The notes under the pieces are model-generated. The model did no database searches and was not told the origin of the DNA. It saw nothing but the letters and a program-made list of their open reading frames with translations. Made by a program: the position numbers and the translations under genes. DNA of 64,000 nt from the human T2T-CHM13v2.0 reference genome, Homo sapiens, in the NCBI RefSeq assembly GCF_009914755.1, contig NC_060929.1. One strand, given 5' to 3'. This document shows positions 1 to 16,589 of the stretch, one piece after another (position 1 is the first letter of the stretch; every line of letters begins with the position of its first letter).

Positions 1-29
1 TAACCAGGGAATTATACTAATTGCTTGCA

Positions 30-262
30 TTTATTGTAAGCAGCAAACAGTGCTTACTATTTGCCAGCAATCCTCCATGAATTAATTTATTTAATCTTTG
101 CAATAAACCTATAGGGTGGTAATTATTATTACTACCCACCATTTTAGAGTTGAGAAAACTAAAGCATATAGAGTTTGAATAACTTGCCCAAGTTTACATC
201 GCAGCTGGTATTCAATTTCAGGTAATTAGTTTCCAGAGTATGTCCTCTTAACCTCTATTCCT
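30..262 (-). mobile_element. MIR SINE, degraded
   Basis: Core-like motifs 'ccattttagagttgagaaaactaaagcatatagagtttgaataacttgcccaagtttacat' and 'tccagagtatgtcctcttaacc'. Confidence 0.75.
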
Positions 263-3200
263 AACTACATCCAGTTGTGAAATAATCTTTGAAAATAAGA
301 ATAATTTATTTAACTTTTTTTATATGAAGGAAAAAGACTTTTCTAAAAACAAGCAGTAAGTGGAAGAGCTATTGGAATTGCCAGAGACATGATCAATAGG
401 CTGAATATGAAATTCAGATAAGCTTGCTGGATGTCATATTGAGAAAAATAGAAGCATTGTTTTCCCTGGTAGCATTTGACAAAGTCCAGGTCTTGTCATA
501 TGCCCAATACATCAATTTCCTATTTTAAAAATTTATCAGGTTCAATGTTAATCTGTACAAACATATTAAAACTGAAGTAGAATGGTGCCAATTACACTAA
601 AATGAAACCTACAGAGATCCGTTTTATTTAATTAGGAAAGCAAATTATTTTGCTGCCTAACGATTTTTTTGAGGAAGAAAGAAAATTCTGTTTATTAATA
701 TTAAGGCCTGACATGTGAGGAGAAGATTATGAAATTCCTGAAACGTTTAGTGCCTTATCTATTTTCTTCATGATGCCAGAGCCCATTTTACCCCGATAGA
801 TTTCTGAAAATTTTTATTAGGTTAATCATGTGATTATAAAGATTGTGGTTAATCAAATTCCAGGATATTATGTTGGTATACTTTTTGTCTGTTTGCTTGT
901 TTTTATCATTTCAAAAGGAGCATCTGTGAAGTTATCATGCTAGGCACATAAAGTAGGATTTTGAGGATCCTGGCTTTCTGTGGTCACACCTTCTGCAATA
1001 CATGAACTTGGCCATTTGTGGAAAACAACACAGAAAAGGTGGAACATGTTACTATTTGTTTTTTATCTAACAACACTGGACAGAGTCAGAAGCCAAAATG
1101 ATAAAAAGAAGTGTAATAAGCACACTGTAAAAATAGAAACCTCCTTTTGGACAAAAGATACCACAAATGTAAAGAGACAGGAATTCATAAAATGTGGTTA
1201 AGAATTCACTCACATGGGCAAATATACTCGAGAGAAATAAAGTTATTTTTTATCATATCCTCAACAACCTGACCACCTGGGTCTTCTTTACTCTCCTGGA
1301 AAACTAGATTGGACACAAAGAAACCCATACTCAGAGAGCTGAAAAGGTGACAGTCTTCTTTTTGTCAGGTAGCCAAGAAAGAGGCAATATGTGCACGCAG
1401 GTAAAAGCAGGATTAGAGATCTGCTTCTGCTTAGAAAGTTTCACTGCTAAATCTTATGTAAAAAGTAAGCTTTCCACAAATCTTAGCCAACACTGATATT
1501 TAATCTAGCATCTGGACAGTTGTTTCAGTTTACCACCTTGTAGGTGTAACTTTAGAATTATTGCAGAGTCCTAAAGGTTGAAAAGCAAGGAAAGTTGTCT
1601 AGATTCTCACTGTGAGAATCACAAAACACATAAACTATACTATATTTCACACACCACAGCTGGAAACCTTTAAGCAATTCAGGAGGAGTGAATTCCCTTT
1701 ACTTACAGAAATGAAAACCTACCTAGACAGGATATTCTTAAGCAAGGAGTTTCCTCTGTACAATTTGCTGACATAATTAGAGATGAAACTGAAAATTTGG
1801 ACAGTACTTATTCTGAGTTTTATTACCCTATTCATCTGAAATATTTAAAGTACATGTAAATTGTCTATGTGAGTCTTGTAGATAAGTCAAAATCATGTTT
1901 TGTAGAAACCTTAAATTGTTCCCACTTTTTTCCCCTTGTTCATTATGCCTGCCTCATCCTAAAAAGAATTTGAGGTGCCAATGTATTGTTTGGCTACTAT
2001 CAAGTTATGAATAACAATTTAGCTGCCAGGAAGTTTATATCAAGAGTGAACCAAGAACTGAATGGTTAAGGTTTTTCCTTTATACATTCATCCATGAATA
2101 ATTTTTGTGATCCACTTTAAATTAATAGAACGAAATTAGCATTTTAAAGATTCAAAAACACAGTTCTGTTTTTATCTTCTTTTAAACCTTAATTATGACT
2201 TTTTAAATATCACCTTTAAACATGATAATAAAATTGGGCTGCAATTCTATTATGCATAATAACAGATATCCACAATAGCACTACTTTTTACAAAGCATAA
2301 CATTGTATTAGATTTTGAAAAATATATTTTTCCTGAAGAATAAAAGGTAAATTAATATTTTAGTATGATGTGTTTCATGTAAAATCAAGTTTAATTTTTT
2401 CTTTATCTAATATCCTACTTTTAAGAAAAGTTATATTGAATGCTTCCCTCTTCTCATAAAGATAACAGTAACTACTGTTTTATCTCATTAATTTGTTTTA
2501 TTATTATATTTACTGACATGATGTAACTGTACTTTTTGTCATGTCACACTCACATTGATGTCTTGATATCCAGTTGTTTGTTTTAGGATTTCAGAAACTC
2601 AGTTGTATTTGTTCAGCCAAGAATTATCAATTTCTAAAGAAAGGGAAATTGACTAGTGCAATAAATTCGAGACTGGCTATGTCGGGATGGCAAATTTTCT
2701 ATTTACAATATGTTAAAAATATCATCTGATCGCTAGAATGAGGAGGGAGTACAATTTATGATACCCAAATCTAGAATAAGTAAAAACAGAGTTTGGTAGT
2801 CATAAGAAGAAATGGATGCTGTTTACTAAAGACAAATTTCCACTCACTTATCTTCATCTAGTGAACTTCCATTTTCTACTTTAAGGATGAATCTGTCACC
2901 TGAAGAACAAACCTGTGGGTTTCAGTTTCAGAGCAACCTTATTTGAGACATAAAGACCAATATATAATTGTTAACTTTCTTTTTCTGATACATTAGAAAA
3001 TTCATTATATTCTCTGTGTAGGGGCAAAAAGCATATTTGAATTCTCAAGATGATCTATTATTTAGTCTGTTATAATTAGATTTTGTAATTCTATTTTTGT
3101 AAAGCATCCAGTTCAGTAAAAATGAAACAAAAATCACTTATTACACATAGCTAAAGATGTATTAGCTATGAAAACATCCTACCACCCCCATTATAAAAGT

Positions 3201-4067
3201 ATATTCTGGCTATCATATGAAGAGTTACAATTCTTAAACATATATTCGTATGGTGGAGCTTTCCTTTGTCTGGGACTTAAAGTCAACCATAATTAACCGC
3301 ACATGTATCTACTTGATCTTTTAATTTTTCAATAAGGCAAACATATTTTTAGATTAATAATACACTTGAAAATTATTTTTGTTGCTGTTTTAAAGTAAGT
3401 GGACTGTCTCAATTTATATCTGGTACATTACTTTCAAGATTACTAATTTGCTTTAAGTCACTAAGGAGATGAATGTGCCTGGTAGTTCGTTAAGCAAAAT
3501 TAAATGTATTGCAAGTGTCTGTAGAGTTATTCATGGTGTTGGCACGAATACATTGTGCTTCTTTAGAACATTATCACTTATAAAAAGAAGAAAATCATAT
3601 GGCATGCTTAGACCTTAATGTCATAGTAACAAAATGATTGAAAACAATATTTAAGCTTCTTGGAAAATTTGCCTAGAGATGTTGCCTCTATGCTGAACAT
3701 AGTACTTTTATTTTTAAGTGTAAATAAATAGGATCTATTTTGAATGATTATAGAGGCAATCTACTGAATGTCTCCCTTTAGTAACAGTTCAGACGTATGT
3801 AAAATGCTTAACAGGTATGAACTACCAATTGATGACTGTCAACGTCTCCAAACTCAATGGTGGAGAATATAGCAATAGAGTTTCCAAATTAAAAATGGTT
3901 ATTCACCATGCCTTCTTCGTCCTGTGCGTGCCTTTTTTTTTTTTTTAAAGAAAATGCAAATATATTCAGCTACAGACTTAAAGCCATTGATATGTGTCTT
4001 CAATGCTAGGAAACTTATCAACAGCAGTTCCATTTATAATAGATCTGTTCTTATTAAAAATAACCCT

Positions 4068-4409
<342 letters not shown>

Positions 4410-5800
4410 TTAACTAGTGACAGCATCAACTGCATGTGTTGATTGTGTCCAGGAAGGAAGACTTATTTTAAAATATATTCACAAAAGTATGGCCTATCCC
4501 AGACCATTATTTGGAATAGGGTGATAAAGATTTTTATTGCATTTTTTCCCTCTAATCTCTGGTTAATCATTCTCAACACCAAGAAAATCATTCGGACTTC
4601 CTGGCATAGGATGATAAAAGTTGAGGAGAAGCAATACTGATCTTTTCTTTATTTTTTTAAAGCAATATCTGTTAATATATTTCTTAGGAAGAAACTGAAG
4701 CATGGAGGAAATTATGGAATCCTTCGAGTTAGAAGAAAAAGCCTGTTAAACAGATAAATTAAAAACTGATACTCCATTCCTAACACTCTACTGAGTTATA
4801 ATCCTTCCTTTTCTACATTTCTTCTGTATCAAAGGAGACCATTCTGTTCTTGAGGAAGAATATTTTCTATGTAGAATTCTCAGACTATGTAAAGAGATTA
4901 AAGGACTTACCAAAGATCAAAAAGGAAAATGAGTATCAGAGTCATTACATATTAGTTTTAAGTAATTCATTTCAATGAAGAGTAATTATGGAAAGTTAAT
5001 TTTTAATACTTTAATTTCAAATACTATATTGACTTGGAAGACATAATAGTTTAGCTTTGGACTACATAAAGAACGAGCAATTAATTATTTTAAAATACTT
5101 CTAGTACACATAGTCTTATATTCTGCATAAAATTTTAAAAATAATTTTGAAGCTTCCCGGAGTATTAGCTATATTACTGAGAAAAGCATCTTCTAACTAC
5201 TTTCATGCATAATGCCATGCTTATATGGCATTTCATTTAAATGTAGCATTTTTTAAAGAAAGATTGTTTATGACTTTACTGACCTAGTAGAGAATGGTTT
5301 TTAATTTTAAGTATTTATATATTGTTGACCAGATCCTTCCCTCCATTTTACCTATTGCCAGATACAAAACACCTCCATAGTAGAGAGCCTCCCTGCTATC
5401 TGCACAGCTTCCTGTGAGATCTCTGTGACATCAACCATCCTGCTAGCTGGATAGGTGCATAGTCTGTTCTCACACTACCTTTGAATACATAGGCCATGTT
5501 CATCGACAGCTTATCCTTATTTTGTGTTGCTAGGAACCCCTGGAATCATTCACGACACCCTCGTCAGTCTCTGATTCCCTGCCATCCTTGAGCTGTCTAT
5601 GCTTTCTGTCAGTGGAGGCCTAGTTCTGTCAGTATTATGGAGACATTGGCTCAATTCAAGAGTAAGAAAAAGAAACATCTTAAAAAGCATCCGTTTAAAG
5701 GACTCTAGAGGAAATGAGTCAATAAATGCATACATATTATTCCCTGCTGTTCATTTTATTCCTAATCTTATAAAGTGGACCTATTATGTCTCTATTTTTA

Positions 5801-6257
5801 TTTTTATTTTTTTCTTCAACTTTTATTTTAAGTTCTGGGGCACGTGTGCAAGATGTGCAGGTTTGTTACATAGGTAAACACGTGCCATGGTGGTTTGCTG
5901 CACAGATCAGCCCATCACCCAGGTATTAAACCCAGCATCCATCAGCTATTATTCCTGATGCTCTCCTTCCCCACTACCCCTGCCGCCTCCCACCCTAACC
6001 ACCTTCCCCGCCCACAACAAGCCATATCTCCTCACTGTTTGGGGCCTCGCTGTGGGAATTTCAGCAGCTCCAACCAGGGTTATAGCAACAGATCTCTGAT
6101 CTCTCCCTGGGATGGAGTCCTTGCAGGGTGGGGCAGCAGCCGCTGTCTCTGCCATTCAGCCAAATTAGTCTTTCCAGGCTGCTGGCTCTGGAGTGGCCAG
6201 TCAGTGCAAAGCACCTGCTCTGCCAAGGGACAGCCAGACTGCTTCTTTAAGCGGGTC
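5801..6257 (-). mobile_element. Short L1PA12/13-like insertion: ~220-bp 3' end (minus) joined to an inverted 5'UTR fragment (~6024-6257, plus)
   Basis: Poly-T followed by the L1 3' end 'ttttaagttctggggcacgtgtgcaagatgtgcagg'; 5'UTR unit 'ctctgccaagggacagccagactgcttctttaagcgggtc'; perfect 16-bp TSD tatgtctctattttta at 5785-5800 and 6258-6273. Confidence 0.85.
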
Positions 6258-7109
6258 TATGTCTCTATTTTTAAAAAGGAGAAGCTCATGCTAGATACGT
6301 AAAAAAAAAATGTGATAAGTATTATTAAAATGAACACTAATGTGTTATCTTTGGCACTTGGCTACTGACATTTTGCTGTTTAGCTGGTAGGAAAAAAGTA
6401 GCCCAGGCTCTCAACCACCTGTGAAGTTGTTCACTTCCCACTCACCCTCTAAAAAGTATCGGGGTCAGGGAGGAAAACTGAATGCATAGAGGAGCTATTA
6501 TCTCTAGCACAAAGGAAATGTTTATTATCCCTCAATGTGCCTAACTTGGAGCCAATAATGTTGTAATAGTTGAGGTTAGCATGTAGACGAGGTGACAAAC
6601 TGAAGGAGGTTACCGGGGCTGCTGGGACTCTGGTTTGCCTCTAGGCTACCAGGAAGTGTTTCTTATCACAAGTGATCCAGCCCATTTGTTAGGAATAAAA
6701 ACCTGGTAGTTTGAGGATGTAACATAAAATTATTAGTTTATAGATTGTGTCATGGCCTAGAACATCACCTGATTACCTATAACAGTAGTAGATAAAAGAT
6801 TAGGATTCAATTTTGGGAATCAAAGACAAATTCTTCTCATTATGGAACTGCCAAGCAGGATTTTTTAAAATACCAAATAAGCCAGTGCTATTTTGAATGT
6901 TGGAAGATATACTGCGGACATCAGGGGAAAAACAAATAGAAGTTTTTCCTCATTTGCTTTTGGTTTGCTATACTAAGCATTGCCTTTCTAGCCTTTCTAG
7001 AAAAAAAACAAGTCTATTTGTACCCGAATAGGCAATCTTATTGCCATTTTTATAGTCATTTGCACAACATTATCTACCTAAGAAATCTTTCTTGAAATGC
7101 CAAAAAAAA

Positions 7110-7700
7110 AAAATTGACTATGGAAATTTCATATATGATAAAGCGAAAATCTCAAATTAGCATGGAAAGGATGGTGTTTTACATAAGTGGTTCTGGAATA
7201 ACTAGAGTCATGTGGAGAAAGTTAAAATTGGATCTCTTCCTTATATCATACATGAGGATGTGTACTTCAAGTAGACAGAGATTTTAATATTAAAAAACAA
7301 TTAGACGAGTGACAGAAGAAAACATGTATGATTCACTCACAGTTAAGTGAAAATACGTGCTATTACACAAACTTCCAAGTACTTAAAAAGAACATAGTCA
7401 CATATTTGATCATATACAATTTTTTTTAATTAAAAAAAATCAACATAGCTGGGTAAAAAGGCAGACCACACACTGAGAAATATTTGCAAAGCATATCCTA
7501 AATATATATGAGCTTCTCAAAGCTAGAATTAAAAAAAACAGAAATATGCTAGAGCTATGAACAAATACTGCATAGAAAAATAAATTGTAAATTGTCTATG
7601 TAACATGTAAGTATACATACATTCACACTCAAAAATTATAAATTTATGTTAAATAACATTAAAATACTATAAATGAAAATTCTTTCATTGGGGAAAAATA
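7110..7700 (+). mobile_element. Old L1M (L1ME-like) ORF2 3' fragment
   Basis: Degenerate 'ggaaaggatggtgttttacataagtggttctggaataact...aaaattggatctcttcctta' resembling the L1 ORF2 region [13 protein letters not shown]...KLDP. Confidence 0.6.
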
Positions 7701-7929
7701 AATTAATTTAAAAAAATTGATAGTTTTTTAACAACATTAATCACAATGGGACCTCTCAATAGTAGAAATGTTTAAAATTGTGACTTTTCAACAATTACTG
7801 CCAGAACAACTTTTAATTCTTCTTCCCTTGCCGTAATAAACTAAAGTGAAGAAATGATCAAGTTTTAAGCAGACTATAAATTCCTTTAATAAAGACTTCA
7901 GTGTTGAAAACACTGGGGCATTGGAGGTA

Positions 7930-10654
<2,725 letters not shown>

Positions 10655-10715
10655 CATTGAAGCATGTGCTCTTAAAATGTTTATGCCAGCATAAACATAT
10701 ATATGAGACACACTG

Positions 10716-10897
10716 AACATATATATATATATGTTTATATATATATGGCATATATATATGTTTATATATATGCCATATATATGTTTATATATATGGCATA
10801 TATATAAACGTACATATATGTTTATATATATATGCCATATATGTTTATATATATGCCATATATATGTTTATATATATATATGGCATATATATATGTT
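10716..10897. repeat. Complex (TA)n microsatellite with gttt/ggc/gcc interruptions
   Basis: Directly visible alternating TA tract. Confidence 0.95.
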
Positions 10898-12766
10898 GAA
10901 ACTTTAAAATCTAGACATTACATAATATTTTCTAATTTTTAAAATCTCAGAAAATGACCACTTATTTGTTGAAAATATACTCACCATTAAGTCAATATTT
11001 ATGTTTAAATATGGTTTATATTTGTTAGATGAAAAAGCAGGGCTTTGCCTTTTATATTTAACTTATTTCATTGTATAACATAAAAGAATTTTAGTATAAG
11101 TTGCATCCAAACTATTTTAAGTTACCAGTTACTCAGAGTACAGATTGTTTAAATTTTCAGAGACATTTGCTAAATCCGGAATAAAGCAACCTAGCTCTAT
11201 AGATCTTGTCTTTCTCTTCCTTACCTAGCTTGCTTCCCTTCATGATCTATTTATTTATGTATTCTTGAGTGTATTATTTTATATTGTCCTAGTTATGTAT
11301 ATATATATCCCGTGCTTATGTTAAAAGCTCTTCTGAAAGAATTCTTGTCTAATGACATCCCATTTGAGCTTACACACATATGCTACTCTTTGATGAACAA
11401 AATTTAATATTGGAGAATATTAGAATAATACCACTTTAATTATATCCTCCCCCCCAATAAATTGATACTTATTCAGTGATATTTTTATAGGTGAAACACA
11501 ACATATGAAGTCATAGGCAATTGGAGAATTATCTGTAATACTTATAATAATATGGGTCAAAGATCCATTGAGCAGACATCCTATGAATATCTTATCTTTG
11601 GAACATAAAAGTGGAGCATATGGCATAACTCAAGATCCCAAATGAAACAACGTACAACTTAGAACACTCATTTCATTTTTGTTTAAACCTTAAATGATTT
11701 ACTTACACTTACATTGTTCTTAACATTTTCTCTCTGCTAAAATGACAAATGTGAAACATCCTGCTTTCATTTACTGGCATGTGTTTAAATAAATACTGCA
11801 TTAAACAAATCAACAAACAAAAGTCAGGAGCCTAATCAAAGATTTCTTTGATTTCTTTCTGTATATGTAACACAGCCTGCATAATAAAAATCTTCTGCCG
11901 CAATTCATATATCAAGGAAAGTCAATGAGGGTCTCATCTTAGAATTAGTGACAAAACACCATGATATTACTTCTGACATCAGTTGCTGCCTTTAAGAAGT
12001 GAATTTCCGCTTAGCCAACCATTGCCTCTATTTAATCAAAATAATTACCTCGGCAAATCCCAAATACTAGAACTGTTTTGAAGGAAAACAGGACTGGATT
12101 TTAAGTTTTGTTATAAGAAACCTTAAAGATATTTTTAAAAATAAAAAATATTTAGTGATTACACACATAGTAATTTACTGTTTTCTACAATTATCTATTC
12201 ATAGTCAATGTTGTTTTATTTCTACTCCACATACTTCTATCACTCCCATGAATAACTTTGAAGCAAATTCCAATATTGTACAGTTTCATTCATAAGCATG
12301 CTAGCATATACAGTAAAAAATAGACATAAAAATATATTCAAAACACTGTTAATAAACCCAGAACAAAAAAGGATAACTCCCTAATAACATCGAAATACAT
12401 TCTCTTTATTCCTATCATAGTTTATTTATTGAATAAAATGGTTATAGAGTTATCAACGTTCTGGATTTTTCTCATTGCCATTGTCGAATTGTTTAAACAA
12501 TGCCTTTGTCATGATATTACTTCCAAATTGGCAAATATATTTAGAGATCTGATTAAATCCCACCCCCGCCCCTACCACCACAAGAAAGAATGCTTCAGAG
12601 GTTGGTTGGTTTTTTTAATCAGGAGACCCGTGTTATTTAGTTGTCTTCTATTTGTAATGCATTGATGATTACGCCTAGAATTCCTATATCTTATTAGGGT
12701 TGCAAATATCATAATATTCTAAATTTCTTAACTCATGAGCAGTAATAATTTTGGAAAAAGGTGTAT

Positions 12767-13413
12767 TATATTAGTCAGGGTTCTCTAAATGGACAGAACT
12801 AATAGGATAGATGTGTAAGGGAGTTTACATCTAATAGGATAGATGTGTAAGGGAGTTTACATCTAATAGGATAGATGTGTAAGGGAGTTTACATCTAATA
12901 GGATAGATGTATAAGGGAGTTATAAGGGAGTTTATTAAGGAGAATTGACTCACATGATCACAAGGTGAAGTCCCACGATAGGCCAACTGCAAACTGAGGA
13001 GCAAGGAAGCCAGTCTGAGTCCCAAAACCGCAAAAGTAGGGAAGCCAACAGGGTATCCTTCAGTCTGTAGTTGAAGGCCTGAGACCATGTGGCAAGCCGC
13101 TGGTGTAAGTCCAAGAGTTCAAAACCTGAAGAACTTGGAGTCTGATGTTCGAGGGCAGGAAGCTCCAGCACGAAAGGAAGACGAAGGCCAGAAGACTCAG
13201 CAAGTCTGCTCCTTCCACCTTCTTCTGCCTGCTTTATTCTAGCTGTGCTGGCAGCTGATTTTAGATGGTGCCCACCCAGACTGAGGGTGGGTCTGCCTCT
13301 CCCAGTCCGCTGACTCAAAAGTTAATCTCCTTTGGCAACACCCTCACAGACACACCCAGGAACAATACTTTGCATTCTTCTATTCAATCAAGTTGATAAC
13401 ATTAACCATCACA
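12767..13413 (-). mobile_element. MLT2A (MLT2A2-like) ERVL solo LTR
   Basis: Ends 'tattagtcagggttctcta' and 'attaaccatcaca'; internal 'gaagaacttggagtctgatgttcgagggcaggaagc'. Confidence 0.92.
12799..12921. repeat. 32-bp minisatellite, ~3.8 copies, inside MLT2A
   Basis: Unit ctaataggatagatgtgtaagggagtttacat exact at 12799, 12831 and 12863, partial at 12895. Confidence 0.97.
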
Positions 13414-13588
13414 TACATCAATTTAAAATATTGATGCATTTCAATCCATTGCATCATTACTCTTTTTGGCACTCAGTTGTGGCATTCCTGACCTGTAGAA
13501 ACTTCTTCAAACTGACCCCTTATCCCTTTGTAAATTACCTCAGTAGTCTTTGATAACTTCCTTGTTTTCTACTCTGACAAGATATTTA

Positions 13589-13704
13589 TAGAGATCTAAC
13601 CAATCTGGGACATTTTAATACTGTAACTTGTGTTATTAATAATTCAGCCAGGACAAGGAGGCATAAATCAGGAATCTCCTGGGACAAATTAAATTCCCAC
13701 TCTA
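13589..13704 (+). mobile_element. MER94-like hAT-Blackjack MITE
   Basis: 'ctgggacatttt...tattaataattcagccaggacaaggaggcataaatcagga...ctgggacaaa' with tag...cta ends. Confidence 0.6.
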
Positions 13705-14503
13705 ATTTAAATTCATATTACCCTTTTAAATTTTTGTAGATTCCTGGTCATGACCTGGAATTATTATTATTATTATTATTATTTTGCATTTAAGTGTTCC
13801 TTATCACTATGCTTCTCACTTAACATTTTCTTTGACATGTCAAAGACAATATATCAAGGTTGTAAATATATTCACACTATAATCATAATGAACAAAGACC
13901 TTTTTATTTTTTATAATTTATTATCATAAACTCCCATCAATGGGTAATTAAAAAGAAACTGAATTTATTCCTATGAAGTTTATAACTGTATTTGATGACT
14001 TAAAGAGTCTCTTTATGGTAATAGTCAGTCTCTCCTATTTTACCTGGCCTCCATCCACCTTGTCCCCCTCCCTGAAATAGTGCCGGTTTTCTATGATTGT
14101 GTCACACATATTAAAGGACTTCCTGATCCGTGCAGTGTGCATGCAGCTCTGTCATCTGTCACTTTTTTATCCTGGAACCCTATATGTTCCCGAAGCTTAA
14201 GTGGAGCAGTGACATAACTTATGATTTAGGCTCCTCAGCTCTAACAATCACAGATGTATACTGCGCTCTGTCTTGTGACAAACCATCTGAAACTACGCCA
14301 CATCCTCCATGACCTAGATAGTGCACCCCGCCTGATTCTGCTCCTCACCATAAATGGTGGTTCCTTTTAAGGCAGGCGTTTCAGGCCGCCTCTAAGTTCT
14401 TCCTGGAAAACCTAGATTGGTTCAGGAAATAACCACACAGCTTTACCCCATCTAACCTCTCAGAGCACCTAAGTTTACTTAGATGTGGTCATTTAAGATT
14501 TAG

Positions 14504-14926
<423 letters not shown>

Positions 14927-16073
14927 TCAGAACACAGTAGACTGACAGCTTTTTGATCTGGCGGGATATTTTTCTTCCATTGGCTACGAACCTTTGGGAT
15001 AGAAATGGGTTGATGTGTCTCAGTCATATTCTTCGTTAGAATCTTCTCTACACTTTGAGAAGAATGCTATGACCTAATCTAGCTTTCTATCAACCATAAT
15101 GCCTGGCTTAAGATCTCAAATCATATCATTTTCTAGTGTCTCAGTTTCAAAAAAGAAAGCTGCAATTAGAAGATAATTTTAGTGGGAAATTAAGATTCAT
15201 CTCTTTCACATTCACAAAATATAATTCTCATTTTAACGACATATTCCAGAAAAAAATATTTGCAAGGAAATCAATAATGTTAATGGTCACAGAAATAGAC
15301 TTTAGTAGCAAGCGTGTGTATGCATGTGTGTGCATACACACATGTCTGTGTAGAGCTGTGGATTGAGTGTGAAAGTAAAAATTCTGCTAAAATATGAGGT
15401 CAGTTCTTTCATACATTAGATCAGATTAACAGCAGGTTTCCATATCATCTGTCAAATGATGAACTGAGAATCAGAAGACAGGAGAATGAGAAAAACAAAA
15501 TTATAGCAAAGTAAAGGTACCTAGGTAAAGTCCAGCTGTGATTTGGGAATTATGATCAAATTAAAAACTGTGAGCATCATTCTTCCTTCCTCCCATTGCA
15601 GAGCTAAAAATATGATGAGTGTAAAAAAAAATAGAGATGGCATAATTATGCTGCTCAAATAACTTATCCACAGTCATGAAATCACTGCTTGGGTAGCTCT
15701 CTCCTAATTCCAGAATGAGTGGAGATAAATTATCATGAAGTCTTTAAAAAAAAAATAGAACAAGACAAGAGGAAGAGTATTTGGGAGAATCTGAACAAAG
15801 AGGTACCTCTCAAAATGAGGTATTATAAAATGAAATAAAAGCATCTAAAGATATTTTGCATCCTCAACAGATAAAAGGAAGTCCTCATCCTATAATAAAG
15901 TAACAGAATTAGTTGAAATTGAATCAAAGTGAGAAGAAAGGTAGATAAGAAAAAGAAGGAAAGGACAATTTTTTTAGAATTAACAAATAATATCAGTAAA
16001 ATATAAAATGCAGGTATAAAGATTAGAACTAAATTCTAAGAAGGGAAGACATAATGTGATAAAAATCAGTTCT

Positions 16074-16570
16074 TTAATAATATTTGCTTTATATATCTGG
16101 GTGCTCCAGTGCTGGGTACATATATATTTAAAATTGTTGTGTCCTCTTGCTGAATCAGCCCTTTTATTATTGTATAGTGACCTTTTTTTTGTTTCATCTT
16201 ATGGTTTTTGTCTTGAAATCTGTTTTGTCTGATAAAAGTACAGCTCCTCCTGCAGAGACTGGGAAGGGGGTAGGGGGCTGGGGGGGCAGGTGGAGACAGT
16301 TAAATGGTACAAAAAATAAAAAGAATAAACAAGACCTACTATTTGATAGCACAACAGGGGGATTATAGTCAATAATGACGGAATTGTACATTTTAAAATA
16401 ACTAAAAGAGTATAATTGGATTGTTTGTAACACAAAGGATAAATGCTTGAGGGGTGCATAGCCCACTCTTCATAAGGTGATTACTTCATATTGCATGCCT
16501 GAATCAAAACATCTCATATACTCTGTAAATATGTATACCTACTATGTACCCAGAAAAATTAAAAATTTAC
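16074..16570 (+). mobile_element. L1MA1-3-like insertion: inverted ORF2 endonuclease fragment (16074-~16252, minus) plus ~320-bp 3' end (plus)
   Basis: Minus strand encodes AGGAVLLSDKTDFKTKTI and a P.TGAPRYIKQIL-like segment; L1MA 3' end 'aagacctactatttgatagcacaacaggg...ctactatgtaccca'; TSD aaaaatcagttct (16061) / aaacatcaattct (16571). Confidence 0.8.
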
Positions 16571-16589
16571 AAACATCAATTCTCCAAAA

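Larger units (their letters stand above)
12190..13585 (-). mobile_element. Old L1MC-like 3' fragment, host of the MLT2A LTR
   Basis: Degenerate motifs 'ataactttgaagcaaattccaatattgt...tttcattcataagcat' and 'aacttcttcaaactgacccct...gtagtctttgataacttccttg' on either side of the LTR. Confidence 0.5.

Noticed and set aside
2580-2800. Acceptor-like ttgtttgttttag followed by unique sequence (similar site near 18548)
   Set aside because: No convincing donor or reading frame; such motifs are common in AT-rich DNA.
6380-6780. Slightly GC-richer blocks that may be ancient LTR/L2/HAL1 remnants (also ~14000-14480 and ~30300-30750)
   Set aside because: Could not assign a family or boundaries by eye; needs a Dfam HMM scan.
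12799-12921. CRISPR-like ~32-bp repeats (also the LTR12 repeat arrays)
   Set aside because: Head-to-tail with no unique spacers, no cas genes, eukaryotic context.
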